DNA of 64,000 nt. Origin: Candidatus Binatia bacterium. Lineage in GTDB: Bacteria > Desulfobacterota > Binatia > HRBIN30. Position numbers and translations under genes: made by a program. The notes beneath the pieces are model-generated. The model was not told where the DNA came from. It searched no databases and saw only the letters and a program-made list of their open reading frames with translations. Positions 7,122 to 16,997 of this stretch are shown one piece after another (the stretch's first letter is position 1; each line of letters starts with the position of its first letter). Location: NCBI GenBank assembly GCA_023150935.1, contig JAKLJW010000012.1, forward strand, positions 22,298 to 86,297, in the 5' to 3' direction.

Positions 7122-9224
7122 GTGAGACTGCTCTGCCTCGTTGGCGCGGGCAATATCGCGCAGATTCACGCCGAAGCCCTCCAGTCGGTCGCCGGCGTGC
7201 GGATCGCGGCCGTTGTCGATCCCAACATCGAGGCGGCGCGGCGCCTCGCCGCGGTTTACGGCGTGTCCCGCGCCTATCCCAGCGTGTCCGATGCCATGGC
7301 CGCAGGCGGTATGGACGCTGCGCATATCTTGACTCCTCCCAATCTGCACCACGACAGCGCACTGCCGTTCGTTGTCGCGGGAAAGCCGGTGCTGATCGAG
7401 AAGCCCATGGGTGTCGGCACGGCTGAGTGCGAAGCTCTGCTGGCCGCCGCGAGGGGTTCCGGGGCCTCGATTGGGGTCAACCAGAATGCGGTCTTCCATC
7501 CGGCCTTTCTGGCGGCGCGCCGACGCATCGCGGCGGGCGAGTTCGGGCGGCCACGCTTCGTCGAATGCGTCTACAACGTTCCACTGCGCCAGTTGGCCGC
7601 AAGGCAGTTCGCGCATTGGATGTTCGACAGCCCGGGTAACATTCTTCTCGAACAGGCTGTCCATCCGTTGTCGCAGATCGTGGCTCTCGCCGGGCCTGTG
7701 CGGGATCTGCGCGCCATGGCCGACGAACCGGTGGCGATTGCACCCGATTTGGACTTCTACCCGGCGGCGAGCGTGACGCTCGCCTGCGAGCACCTCCCTG
7801 CGCAGTTGCGCTTCGCCGTCGGTCAGTCCTTCCCGTTCTGGCAGGTGTCTGTGGTTTGCGACGATGGGGTGGTCGTCGCCGACATCATCGGCAATCGGAC
7901 GTTCGCCTGTGCGCGGACGCGCTGGATGGACGCGGTGGACAATGCCGCGTCTGGCGGGCGCACTGCGGTCGCGATTGCCTGGTCCGGTTGCCGAAACGCC
8001 TTGGACTATGGGCTTTCGCTCGTGCGACTGCGGGGTCGAAGCGATCCGTTCTTCCGCAGCATGCGCGGGAGCATCGCCGCGTTTCACGCCGCGCTCGACG
8101 GCCGCGCTCCGTACGAAACCGACGGCCTCTTCGGCGCCACGCTGATCGGGGTCTGCGAGACGATCCGCGATCGAGCGTTTGCTGCCAGGGCGCCGCGGGC
8201 TCCCGCCACCCGTTCCACCGAAAGAGCCGAGACCCCGGTCGATGTCGCCGTCCTGGGGGGTACCGGCTTCATCGGCGCGGAGACAGTGCGTCGCCTTGTC
8301 TCGGCGGGACAGCACGTCTCTGTGATGGCACGCTCCGTACGCAATCTGCCGGCGATCTTCCACCATCCGCGGGTCGCACTCCGGCGTGGGGACATTCGCG
8401 ACGAGGCGGCGGTGGCGCGAGCCATCGGGGTCGCGCCGGTGGTGATCAATCTGGCACATGGTGGCGGCGGGACGAGTTTCGAGGAAGTGCAACGCGCCAT
8501 GGTCGGCGGCGCCGAGAACGTTGCCCGTGCGTGCCGGGCGCAAGGGGTGCGTCGGTTGGTACACGTCGGCTCTATTGCCTCACTCTATCTCGGCCCGGAT
8601 GCCGGTACGGTGACCGGGGCGACGCCGTCGGACCCCCGGGCCGACGAGCGTGGCGACTACAGCCGCGCCAAGGCGATGTGCGACCGTATGCTGCTCCAAA
8701 TGCATGCGCGTGAGGGGCTCCCGGTGGTCATCTTGCGCCCTGGCCTGGTCGTCGGCGAGGGCACGTCGCCGTTCCATTCTGGCCTCGGTTTCTTCAACAA
8801 CGAGCAACACTGCATAGGGTGGAACGTCGGGCGTAACCCGTTGCCGTTCGTGCTGGTCGGCGATGTGGCGGAGGCGATCGTTCTGGCCAGCCTGGCCGAG
8901 GGTGTTGAGGGGCGGTGCTACAACCTGGTCGGTGATGTCCGTCCTTCCGCCCGGGAGTACGTTTCGCGGCTGGCTCACGCGCTGGGTCGACCACTGCGCT
9001 TTCATCCACAGTATGCGACTGCGCTGTGGCTCGTGGATCTCGGCAAGTGGGTCATCAAGCGGATTGGCGGACGCGAGGTGCCGCTCCCGTCGCGGCGCGA
9101 TCTGATCTCGCGCGGTCTTGCGGCCCGGTTCGACTGCGGCGACGCCAAGCGCGATCTCGCGTGGAGGCCTGTGGCCGATCCGGCCGAGTTCGCGCGTCAG
9201 GCGTTCGCCGTGCACGTACGATGA
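7122..9224 (+). CDS. Fusion protein: Gfo/Idh/MocA-family NAD(P) oxidoreductase (N-terminal about 350 aa) plus NAD-dependent epimerase/dehydratase (SDR, C-terminal about 330 aa)
   Basis: The N-terminal domain begins VRLLCLVGAGNIAQIHAEALQSV...EKPMG (GTG start at 7122). The C-terminal domain has VAVLGGTGFIGAETVRRL (GxxGxxG) and a ...YSRAK... catalytic YxxxK. Upstream in-frame sequence crosses the hairpins and is unlikely to be coding. Confidence 0.75.
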   Translation: MRLLCLVGAGNIAQIHAEALQSVAGVRIAAVVDPNIEAARRLAAVYGVSRAYPSVSDAMAAGGMDAAHILTPPNLHHDSALPFVVAGKPVLIEKPMGVGTAECEALLAAARGSGASIGVNQNAVFHPAFLAARRRIAAGEFGRPRFVECVYNVPLRQLAARQFAHWMFDSPGNILLEQAVHPLSQIVALAGPVRDLRAMADEPVAIAPDLDFYPAASVTLACEHLPAQLRFAVGQSFPFWQVSVVCDDGVVVADIIGNRTFACARTRWMDAVDNAASGGRTAVAIAWSGCRNALDYGLSLVRLRGRSDPFFRSMRGSIAAFHAALDGRAPYETDGLFGATLIGVCETIRDRAFAARAPRAPATRSTERAETPVDVAVLGGTGFIGAETVRRLVSAGQHVSVMARSVRNLPAIFHHPRVALRRGDIRDEAAVARAIGVAPVVINLAHGGGGTSFEEVQRAMVGGAENVARACRAQGVRRLVHVGSIASLYLGPDAGTVTGATPSDPRADERGDYSRAKAMCDRMLLQMHAREGLPVVILRPGLVVGEGTSPFHSGLGFFNNEQHCIGWNVGRNPLPFVLVGDVAEAIVLASLAEGVEGRCYNLVGDVRPSAREYVSRLAHALGRPLRFHPQYATALWLVDLGKWVIKRIGGREVPLPSRRDLISRGLAARFDCGDAKRDLAWRPVADPAEFARQAFAVHVR

Positions 9225-10345
9225 GAGAAGGTGGCCCGCCGCTGGTGCTCAGTGTCTTCTCCACTTTCGGGGTGGGGGGACCGCAGGTGCGCTTCGTCAC
9301 CGTTGCCAACCGCCTGGGCACCGCGTTCCGTCACGCCATCATAGCGATGGACGGTGCGCTGGACTGTGCCCAACGGCTGGCGCCGGAGCTCGACGTCGCC
9401 CTGCCGCCGGTAACGATCCGCAAGGGCGACACGCTGGGAAACGTGAGGCGCTTTCGTCGGGTGCTGCGGCGAATCCGCCCGGACGTGCTGGTGACCTACA
9501 ACTGGGGTGCCATCGAATGGGTACTGGCCAACTTCTGGCCTGTGGTCCGCCACGTTCACGTGGAAGACGGCTTCGGGCCGGACGAACAGACGGCGCAGTT
9601 CGCTCGTCGCGTACTGGTGCGCCGCGCCGTCCTGCGCCACATCGCCGTCGTCCTGCCCTCGCACACGCTCTGGCGGGTCGCGACGGAGATCTGGCGGCTA
9701 CCGACCCGGTGTCTGCGTCTCATCCCAAATGCCGTCGATCTCGATCGCTTCACGCCGGCAACTGACCGGACGCGGCAGGATGGTGTGATCATCGGTACCG
9801 TTGCCACCCTGCGGGGGGAGAAGAACCTGCCTCGGCTCCTTCACGCCTTCCGCCAGTTGCCGCCGACCTCCGGGGCACGACTCGTGATTGTTGGGGACGG
9901 GCCGGAGCGGGGAGCGCTGGAAGCGCTTGCGGTCGAGATCGGCCTTGGTGCGCGAGTGCGCTTCACCGGCGCGGTGGCGGATCCGTCCTCGATTCTCCGC
10001 ACGTTCGATATTTTCGCGTTGTCCTCGGATCAGGAGCAGATGCCCCTGTCGGTGATCGAGGCGATGGGCGCCGGCCTGCCGGTCGCGGGGACGAACGCGG
10101 GCGACGTGCGCGCCATGGTGGCCGACGAGAATCGCCCGTTCGTCGTGGCGAAGGAAGAGGGCGCGCTTGCCGGCGCGATGGGAAGATTGGCCGCGGATGT
10201 GAATCTGCGCGCGCGCCTGGGCGCCGCGAACCGCGCCAAGGCGGAGCGGGAGTTCGACTTGCGGGTCATGGTAGATGCCTATCGTCAGTTGTTCTCGAAC
10301 TCGGATGAGGGGCGCGACCGCCCGGACGGTCATCGGGAGTCATGA
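9221..10345 (+). CDS. Glycosyltransferase family 4
   Basis: MREGGPPLVLSVFSTFGVGGPQ... with GT4 signatures (EQMPLSVIEAMGAGLPV). The ATG overlaps the upstream stop (ATGA). Confidence 0.8.
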   Translation: MREGGPPLVLSVFSTFGVGGPQVRFVTVANRLGTAFRHAIIAMDGALDCAQRLAPELDVALPPVTIRKGDTLGNVRRFRRVLRRIRPDVLVTYNWGAIEWVLANFWPVVRHVHVEDGFGPDEQTAQFARRVLVRRAVLRHIAVVLPSHTLWRVATEIWRLPTRCLRLIPNAVDLDRFTPATDRTRQDGVIIGTVATLRGEKNLPRLLHAFRQLPPTSGARLVIVGDGPERGALEALAVEIGLGARVRFTGAVADPSSILRTFDIFALSSDQEQMPLSVIEAMGAGLPVAGTNAGDVRAMVADENRPFVVAKEEGALAGAMGRLAADVNLRARLGAANRAKAEREFDLRVMVDAYRQLFSNSDEGRDRPDGHRES

Positions 10346-10380
10346 ACCGCTGCGTTTATGATCCCGGTAGGGCCGTGCCG

Positions 10381-11832
10381 TCACCCCTTGCGCCCGACGA
10401 GATTCTTCAGGCGGTCGACGACCATCGCCGGGGACGTCTCCCACGCCTTGCGCATGGCGCGGCGCAACGTGAGGTTCTGCGTGCGGGTCGCCTCAAGTTC
10501 GCGCGTGAAACGGTTGCGGCTCGTCAGGTCGGGTTTGCCGGCCGTGCCCTCGAGCAGGCGCACCGTGACGTCGTCGAAGACTCTCAGCACCGTGTCGATC
10601 TCCTCGTCGGAGATGGTCAGCGGGGGCAAGATGCGGAACACGGCCCCGTCGAAGATCGACTTGAGGTGCACGCCCGCCTCGCGGCAGAGGTGCTCGAACG
10701 CCTTTCCCGCTTCCTCCCGGCTCAGCCCGCGCTGCGGGAGTGGCGCGGTGTCGACGCCGATCATTAACCCGCGGCCACGCACGTTGGTGAAGAGGCCGTA
10801 CTTTTCGGCAAGCGCATCGAGGCCGGCGCGCAGCCGAGCGCCGCGCTGCGCGGCCCCGGCGAGCAGGTTTTCCTCCCGAACGATGTCGACCACGGCCGAC
10901 ACCGCCGCAGCGGCCACTGGATCGGACTGATGACTGCTGAAGTTACCGAAGCGGCCGAGGATCCCCGCGGCGATCTCGTCGGTGACGATGACCCCGGAGG
11001 CTGGGAAGCCGCCGCCGGCGCCCTTCGAGAACACCAGGATGTCGGGGACGACCCCCTCCGTCTCGGTGCCGAACCAGGTACCGGTCCGACCCATACCCGT
11101 CTGGGCCTCGTCGGCGATGAGCAGGGCGCCGAGCCGTTGCGCGACCTCGTGCAGCCGTTTCAGGTATCCGGGTGGCGGGAAGATCATCCCACCGGCCGAC
11201 AGGATGGGTTCGACGACGAAGGCGGCCACTTCGCCGTTCGCGTGCGCGCGAATGAACTCTTCCGATGCGGCGAGGCACGCGTAGTCGCAACCGGGATACT
11301 GCAAGGCGACCGGGCAGTGTGCGCAGTCCGGGGTGAGAATCTTCAAGGCGCCGGGGACCGACAGGCTGGTGTCTCGGCTGCTCGTGCTCACGGCGATCGT
11401 GGCCAACGTCAGGCCGGAGTAGCCGCGCGTGAAGCCGACGATGCCGCGCTTCCCCGTATAAATCTTGGCGATTCGAAAGGCGCACTCGTTGGCCTCCGCC
11501 CCGGTCGACAGGAAGATGGATTTCCTGAGGTTTCCCGGCGTGACGCTCGCCATCTTTTCCGCGGCCTCGAAGATCGGCCGACTGAGGAAACCGGTGCCGT
11601 GGTGCAGCATGGCCCGCGTCTGCTCGACGATGCGCTCGATGAGGCGCGGGTGATTGTGCCCGAGGAGGGAACATACCTGGCCGGCCTCGAGGTCGATCAG
11701 CGGGTTGCCGTCGACATCGACCATGGTGCACCCGCGGGCCTCCTGCAGCACGCGATCGTTGTAGGCCGTCGCCATGAGCACGAATTCGCCGTAGCGGTCC
11801 CACAGCTTGAGACTCTCTGTCAGTGTCGGCAT
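10381..11832 (-). CDS. Class III (PF00202-type) PLP-dependent aminotransferase
   Basis: MPTLTESLKLWDRYGEF...LIADEAQTGMGRTGTWF...VFSKGAGGG (PLP-lysine motif). The N-terminal 56 aa of ORF 10381..12000 are Arg-rich read-through. Confidence 0.8.
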   Translation of the reverse strand: MPTLTESLKLWDRYGEFVLMATAYNDRVLQEARGCTMVDVDGNPLIDLEAGQVCSLLGHNHPRLIERIVEQTRAMLHHGTGFLSRPIFEAAEKMASVTPGNLRKSIFLSTGAEANECAFRIAKIYTGKRGIVGFTRGYSGLTLATIAVSTSSRDTSLSVPGALKILTPDCAHCPVALQYPGCDYACLAASEEFIRAHANGEVAAFVVEPILSAGGMIFPPPGYLKRLHEVAQRLGALLIADEAQTGMGRTGTWFGTETEGVVPDILVFSKGAGGGFPASGVIVTDEIAAGILGRFGNFSSHQSDPVAAAAVSAVVDIVREENLLAGAAQRGARLRAGLDALAEKYGLFTNVRGRGLMIGVDTAPLPQRGLSREEAGKAFEHLCREAGVHLKSIFDGAVFRILPPLTISDEEIDTVLRVFDDVTVRLLEGTAGKPDLTSRNRFTRELEATRTQNLTLRRAMRKAWETSPAMVVDRLKNLVGRKG

Positions 11833-13046
11833 GGCGGGATCCTCGTGTGCGTTCTGGACTGCGCCTGCGCTCGTCTCCTGACGGCGCGGGGCAGCGCCAT
11901 ACCGCGCCGTGCCATCTGAGCGACGAACGGCTTGAGATCTCGGCGGTCGAAGAGGGTGAACGTGTTGCGTGGGGACACGGCGCAGGCGAGCGCCGCGCAC
12001 GTGGTTGCGGTCGCCACGTGGTCGTCGCGATGGGCGGCCAGGATGGCCGGCACCAGCCGGCCGAGATCGACCCAGACGCGCGAATTATGTTGAAGAGGTG
12101 CGCGCGGGACAGGTGCGCCGGTCGTGTCGCGGTAACCGACGACCGGCAGGTCGACGCCGTTGGCGACGGCGCAGCCGACGTTGTAGTCGGTCCGACCCAC
12201 GGTGAACTCGATGAAGTAGTATTCGCCGGTCACGGGGTGGCGCCGAAACTCGGTCGAGCCGAAGCCCCGATAGCCGGCATGCTGGAACAGGCGAGCCGTC
12301 TCCCGATGCACGAAGTCGTCGTTGCACCCTTCGGCGGCCGCCGCGATGCCGGTGCCGCGCGGGTACTGGCGCAGCTTGCGGCCGACGAACATGCCTTTCG
12401 GCGCTCCGTCCGTGCCGAGGTACGCAAAGCAGAAGTAGACGTCCGAATCCTCGCCCGGAATCCACTCCTGCGCGACGAGCGTGTCGCTGTGCCGGGAGGC
12501 GTCGGCACAGGCCGTCGCCAGGGCGTCGCGGGTTGTCACGACAGCGGCCTTGAAGCCGTGTGTACGGACGGCAGGTTTGACGATGCAGGGGAAGCCGATC
12601 GTGTCGGCGACGGCTTCGATGTCCTCGGCGGCGCGTACGGCGTGCGTGGCCGGGTAACGGGCGCCGCAGCGCGCCAGGAAGGCCGGCAGGCGGGTCTTGT
12701 CCATCAGCTCCGTGATGACCTCGGCCGGCGCAAGGGTGAAGTCAAAGTACTCGTGCAGGGCGGCCCGATGTGCGGAGATCACCGGGACGGTACGGTCCAT
12801 CGTCAGAAACAGCACGGTGCGGTTCCGGCTGCGTCGTCCGTAGGCGAGCAGGGCGTCCACGAGGCGGTCGTCCTCGATGCTCTCGACCGGGAGGAACTGC
12901 CGGAGGAAACGACTGTGGCGCTGCGGCTGAGTGGGGTCGGGATCGGCGACGTCGACCGGCACGCCGTAACGTCCGAGCGAACGCACGACGGCAAGGCCGT
13001 GGACGCCGAGGCCGAGGACGAGGGCGGGCGGTCGTGTGTCCGACAC
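11820..13046 (-). CDS. ATP-grasp domain protein (carboxylate-amine ligase-like)
   Basis: ALVLGLGVHGLAVVRSLGRYGVPV pre-ATP-grasp region and ...FPCIVKPAVRTHGFKAAVV...EWIPGEDSDVYFCFAYL... ATP-grasp core. The start is probably the GTG at 13046, which is uncertain. The 3' end overlaps the aminotransferase start by 13 nt. Confidence 0.7.
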   Translation of the reverse strand: MSDTRPPALVLGLGVHGLAVVRSLGRYGVPVDVADPDPTQPQRHSRFLRQFLPVESIEDDRLVDALLAYGRRSRNRTVLFLTMDRTVPVISAHRAALHEYFDFTLAPAEVITELMDKTRLPAFLARCGARYPATHAVRAAEDIEAVADTIGFPCIVKPAVRTHGFKAAVVTTRDALATACADASRHSDTLVAQEWIPGEDSDVYFCFAYLGTDGAPKGMFVGRKLRQYPRGTGIAAAAEGCNDDFVHRETARLFQHAGYRGFGSTEFRRHPVTGEYYFIEFTVGRTDYNVGCAVANGVDLPVVGYRDTTGAPVPRAPLQHNSRVWVDLGRLVPAILAAHRDDHVATATTCAALACAVSPRNTFTLFDRRDLKPFVAQMARRGMALPRAVRRRAQAQSRTHTRIPPCRH

Positions 13047-13050
13047 CGTT

Positions 13051-14244
13051 CTACTCTGCGCGCTCGTACGCGCCGGCGTCGAGCGCGCCGGCGTGAGGCC
13101 GCGGCCGCTCGCGACACCGGTCGAGATACTCGGCGACCGGGGCCAGGTCGATGCCATGACCGCGACCCGGTGGAACACCGCGATCGATGGCCGGCGAATC
13201 GAGTTGCAGGCGGTAGTCACCGCCGCTGCGATCGACGAAGCCGGGGGCGGTTGTGAGGATGTTCCGGGCGATATCGCCCGGGCCGACGAGCACCGTGCCG
13301 CGGCCGGCGAACACGTTGTTGAGAATCATAACCTCCGGGGTCCCAGGGGCTACGAACAGAAACCGGCCCCCGCCGGGCCGGTCGTTGACGAACGTGTTGT
13401 TGATCAAGAACAGGGCGTTCGGTCCCCGTCCGAGGCCCTCGCCGCCGTAGGAGAGCAGCGTGCCGTTTTCGGCCTGCGGACCCTGCTGGACGACGTTGCC
13501 GATCACGTACGCCGCTCCGCCGTTCGGTAGGTCGATCTCGTAGCTGGCGGTACCGTCGGGGCCATTGACGATCCGATTGTACAGGACGAAGCTCTCCCTT
13601 GCCCGGCTCTTCAGGGTGTGGCCCACGCGGGCATGGTGCGAGTAGCTGGCCCGCATGGTCAAGCGTTTCACCTCGCCGATGTACAGATTGTGGCTGTAGC
13701 CGTCGCCATGGCCGTTGTTGGCGAACTCAGTTCCCTCGATGTGAATTTCGCTGTCGAGGTTGCGGCCGGCAAGAATGCCGTTCTCGTTGTCGCGGAAGAC
13801 GCAGTCGCGCACGGTGAGCCCCGGCCCTTCCTGGCGGATGCCGGCACCGTTGCGGTCGGGTACGCGGGCTCCGGAGAATTCGATGTTCTCGACCCTGGTG
13901 TGGGCGCCTTTGATCACCCAGATGGCCTTGCCCTCGGCGCTCGCGCCGGCGGCCTGCAGATGCGGACGGCCGCCGACTCCGCGGAGCGTCAACCGGTTGG
14001 CACGCCACACGGCAACGTCGCCGCTGTAGGTGGTCGCCGCGATCTCCACCACGTCGCCGTCCCGCGCGATCCTGGCGGCCGCGCTCGGCGACTTGACCTC
14101 GTGTTCGGGCCCGACGCGGATGATGGCGGCCCCTGCCGCGCCCGGCGACAGGATGCTTGCCGTATTGCCTCCACAGCCCGATGGCAGGGCAAGCACGAGA
14201 GTGCATGCTACTGACGACCGCCAGTGAGACCACATGCCGCGCAT
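13051..14244 (-). CDS. Secreted right-handed beta-helix protein (pectate-lyase-like fold), probable polysaccharide lyase/hydrolase
   Basis: Signal peptide MRGMWSHWRSSVACTLVLALPSGC. Repeated NNxxxG / HNLYIG / GNVVQQG segments typical of parallel beta-helix (PbH1) repeats. Confidence 0.7.
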   Translation of the reverse strand: MRGMWSHWRSSVACTLVLALPSGCGGNTASILSPGAAGAAIIRVGPEHEVKSPSAAARIARDGDVVEIAATTYSGDVAVWRANRLTLRGVGGRPHLQAAGASAEGKAIWVIKGAHTRVENIEFSGARVPDRNGAGIRQEGPGLTVRDCVFRDNENGILAGRNLDSEIHIEGTEFANNGHGDGYSHNLYIGEVKRLTMRASYSHHARVGHTLKSRARESFVLYNRIVNGPDGTASYEIDLPNGGAAYVIGNVVQQGPQAENGTLLSYGGEGLGRGPNALFLINNTFVNDRPGGGRFLFVAPGTPEVMILNNVFAGRGTVLVGPGDIARNILTTAPGFVDRSGGDYRLQLDSPAIDRGVPPGRGHGIDLAPVAEYLDRCRERPRPHAGALDAGAYERAE

Positions 14245-14433
14245 GGCTGTCAGGGCGTCGACTGGCACTTGAGGAGGGGCTGGGAGGGCAAGCCGCGGGT
14301 TGCGAGTGGAAACGAATTCGGGGCCACGGACCTGGGGGGCTACGGCCGACCCGTTAATGCCGGTACGGTCCGGGACGTGCGATCTATTCCGTCTACCGAG
14401 GTCCGGCTGGCGGCCTCTGTCTTGTTGTCGGCG

Positions 14434-16479
14434 TCATGGGGTGACCGTGGGGGTTGGCAACGGCCATGGGTCGACACGGACGTGCGCCACGGTCGTGTAC
14501 GGTCCCACGACGGTCGTCGAGCCGATGCGGATTCGCAAGACGGATGAAGAGAACGTGGCAATCAGCGGCACGTTGTCAGCCGGCCAGGTGCTGGCTGTGC
14601 GGTCGGCGCCGGTGGCATCTATCCAGTGACCTGTCGCCGTTGGGATGCCGTCATAGGAGGCGAGCACCGTGTCGCCGTCGAGGAGGTCGATGAAATGCAG
14701 TTGCGAGAAGGCGACATCGCCGGCCGCAAGGCGGATCGCGTATTGTCCGGGGCTCGGCAGGTCGAGGCGCCAGGTGGAGGGGTCGACGGGATTGTCCGTT
14801 CCGGCGAGGCCGGCGAGCCGCCGGTCCATCGTTTGGCTCCGGTTGCGGGTCGTAAAACTGCTGCCGCGGTGCTCCCAGCCAAAGGTCCGACCGTTGCGTG
14901 TTACCGGGTACGCAGCCCCAAGGTCGTAGGTTTCATCACTCGCATCGGATACGTAGTTGCCCGTGGAGCGAAAGTTGAATCCCGAGGCCGGCCCGGTGGG
15001 GCCAGAAGGGGTCGGGGTGGGCGTGGGGGTTGCGGTCGGCGCGAGCGCAGTCGCCGTTGCAGTCGGGGTTAGTGTCGGGGTGCTCGTTTCGGGGCCTGCC
15101 GTGGGTGTGTCGGAGGCCGCGGTTGGGGTCGGGCTTGCTATCGGAGTGCCGACGGCGTCCAGGCGAAGATGAGCGAGGGTGGTGGTACCGGCGGCGGGAG
15201 CGCTGGCGCCAATGCGCACGCGCAGAATCGTGGTGGAGAACGTCAGTGACACGGCGACGTTTTCGGTGGGCCACGTGGCCGCCGTGCGATCCGCACCGCT
15301 GGCATCCCGCCAATGAGACGATGCGGTACTCGTTAGCCCGAGGGTCAGCAGCACCGTGTCGCCATCGAGGATCTGGGCGTACTGGGATTGGGCGTAGCCG
15401 GCGTCGCCAAGGGCGAGGCGGATGATGTAGGTGCCCGCGGCCGGAAGATCGACGCGCCAGGTGGATTGATTGCCCTGGGTGTTGCTTTGTCCAAACAGGC
15501 CCGCGAGGCGGCGATCGATGGCCGTACTCCGATTGCGCACCACCCACCCACTGGCGCGGGTCTCCCAGCCGAAGGTGCGTCCGTTGCGCGTCACGGGGTA
15601 GGCCGCACCGAGATCGTACGTTTCGTCGCTGGCGTCCGCCACGTAACCGCTCGTGCCGCGGAAGTTGAAGCCGTACCCCGTCCCCGGCGCGCCCGGGGTG
15701 GGGCTGTTTGTGACAGTTGGCGTCGCTGTTGGGGCTGCAGGCGTGGCCGTTGACGTCGAAGGGGGTGGGGCGGTCTCGGTTGCCGTCGGGGTCGGCGTCG
15801 GGGTGTCTACTGCCGGGGAGATCTGAGGGCTATCGGTGGGCGTGACGGTTGGCGTCGAGCTGGCGCTCGGGGGACCCGAGGGTTCGATGCGAAGGTGTGC
15901 GAGTGCGGTGGTGCCGGTGGCGGCCGACGGAGTACCGATTCTGATCCGGAGTATGCTGGTGGAGAACGTGAGCGGTACGGTGACGTTGTCGGTGGGCCAG
16001 CTCGCGGCCGTGCGGTCCGCGCCGGCGGCGTCCAGCCAGTGAGTGGACGCCGTCGTCGCGGGGCCAATCGTCAGCAGCACCGTGTCGCCATCGAGGACCT
16101 GGGCGTATTGGGACTGGGAGTAGGCGGCGTCGCCAAGGGCGAGGCGGATGTCGTAGGTGCCCGGGCCCGGGAGGTCGAGGCGCCAGGTGGACTGCTTTCC
16201 CTGGGCATTGGCCTGCCCGAACAGACCGGCGAGACGACGATCGATAGCGCTGTTGCGGTTCCGTGTGAGCCACCCGCTGCCACGGATTTCCCAGCCGAAC
16301 GTGCGTCCGTTGCGGGTCACCGGATATACTGCGCCCACGTCGTAAGTTTCGTCAGAGGCATCGGTAACGTAGCTGTTGCTGGCTCGGAAGTTGAACCCTT
16401 GCGTCGTCTGTGCAGGTGCTGTGCGACCGAGCAACACGAGCGCCGCCGTGCAGCCTACGAGGAACCGATAAACGTGCAT
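14434..16479 (-). CDS. Secreted protein with three tandem roughly 175-aa domains of unknown function separated by Pro/Thr-rich linkers
   Basis: Signal peptide MHVYRFLVGCTAALVLLGRTAPAQT. The three domains each carry GFNFR..YV.DASDETYD.GA.YPVTRNGRTFGWE...DRRLAGL..W.DA.GADRTA..WP..NV and are 60-80% identical. The corresponding DNA repeats are about 600 bp each. Confidence 0.8.
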   Translation of the reverse strand: MHVYRFLVGCTAALVLLGRTAPAQTTQGFNFRASNSYVTDASDETYDVGAVYPVTRNGRTFGWEIRGSGWLTRNRNSAIDRRLAGLFGQANAQGKQSTWRLDLPGPGTYDIRLALGDAAYSQSQYAQVLDGDTVLLTIGPATTASTHWLDAAGADRTAASWPTDNVTVPLTFSTSILRIRIGTPSAATGTTALAHLRIEPSGPPSASSTPTVTPTDSPQISPAVDTPTPTPTATETAPPPSTSTATPAAPTATPTVTNSPTPGAPGTGYGFNFRGTSGYVADASDETYDLGAAYPVTRNGRTFGWETRASGWVVRNRSTAIDRRLAGLFGQSNTQGNQSTWRVDLPAAGTYIIRLALGDAGYAQSQYAQILDGDTVLLTLGLTSTASSHWRDASGADRTAATWPTENVAVSLTFSTTILRVRIGASAPAAGTTTLAHLRLDAVGTPIASPTPTAASDTPTAGPETSTPTLTPTATATALAPTATPTPTPTPSGPTGPASGFNFRSTGNYVSDASDETYDLGAAYPVTRNGRTFGWEHRGSSFTTRNRSQTMDRRLAGLAGTDNPVDPSTWRLDLPSPGQYAIRLAAGDVAFSQLHFIDLLDGDTVLASYDGIPTATGHWIDATGADRTASTWPADNVPLIATFSSSVLRIRIGSTTVVGPYTTVAHVRVDPWPLPTPTVTP

Positions 16480-16997
16480 GGAACGTGGGCCCAATTGCAT
16501 GGCGGGACTCCTCGGGGCGGGGATTCTGGCGTCGATTTCGGAGGCGATGTCGGTGTGTCTTGCGCCCAACGCCTGCCCGTCTGCGGGCAAGGTCGCCGAC
16601 GTTCGACGCTGGCGCGCGGGTTTCCGGTGGCGAATGTGCAAGGCCCCCAAGCTACCTGGCCTCGACGTCGTCTTGGCCACGACCACGGTGACTGTCTCTC
16701 TTCCTGCGGGCCGCCGGAACGACCGTCCATTCAGTGTCGGGGGTCCGACTAGAGTCACTTTGTGGTCGGGGGCCGACGGCGGCGGGTCGGGCGGGGTGAC
16801 CTCTCGTGCGACGCTGCCCGGTGGTCCCGCTCTTGGATAAAGGACACCTCCAGGACGGGCAGGCCGTTCTCGAGAGGCGAGACGTGTGGACGCTTTCGCT
16901 AAGTGCTAGTGTGAAGTCGGCGCAAGTCGAGGGGACGGGAATCTTTCTCCACCCGGAGGTTGGCCGTGGAGAGAATCGAGGCCGTAGGGTGACACGC

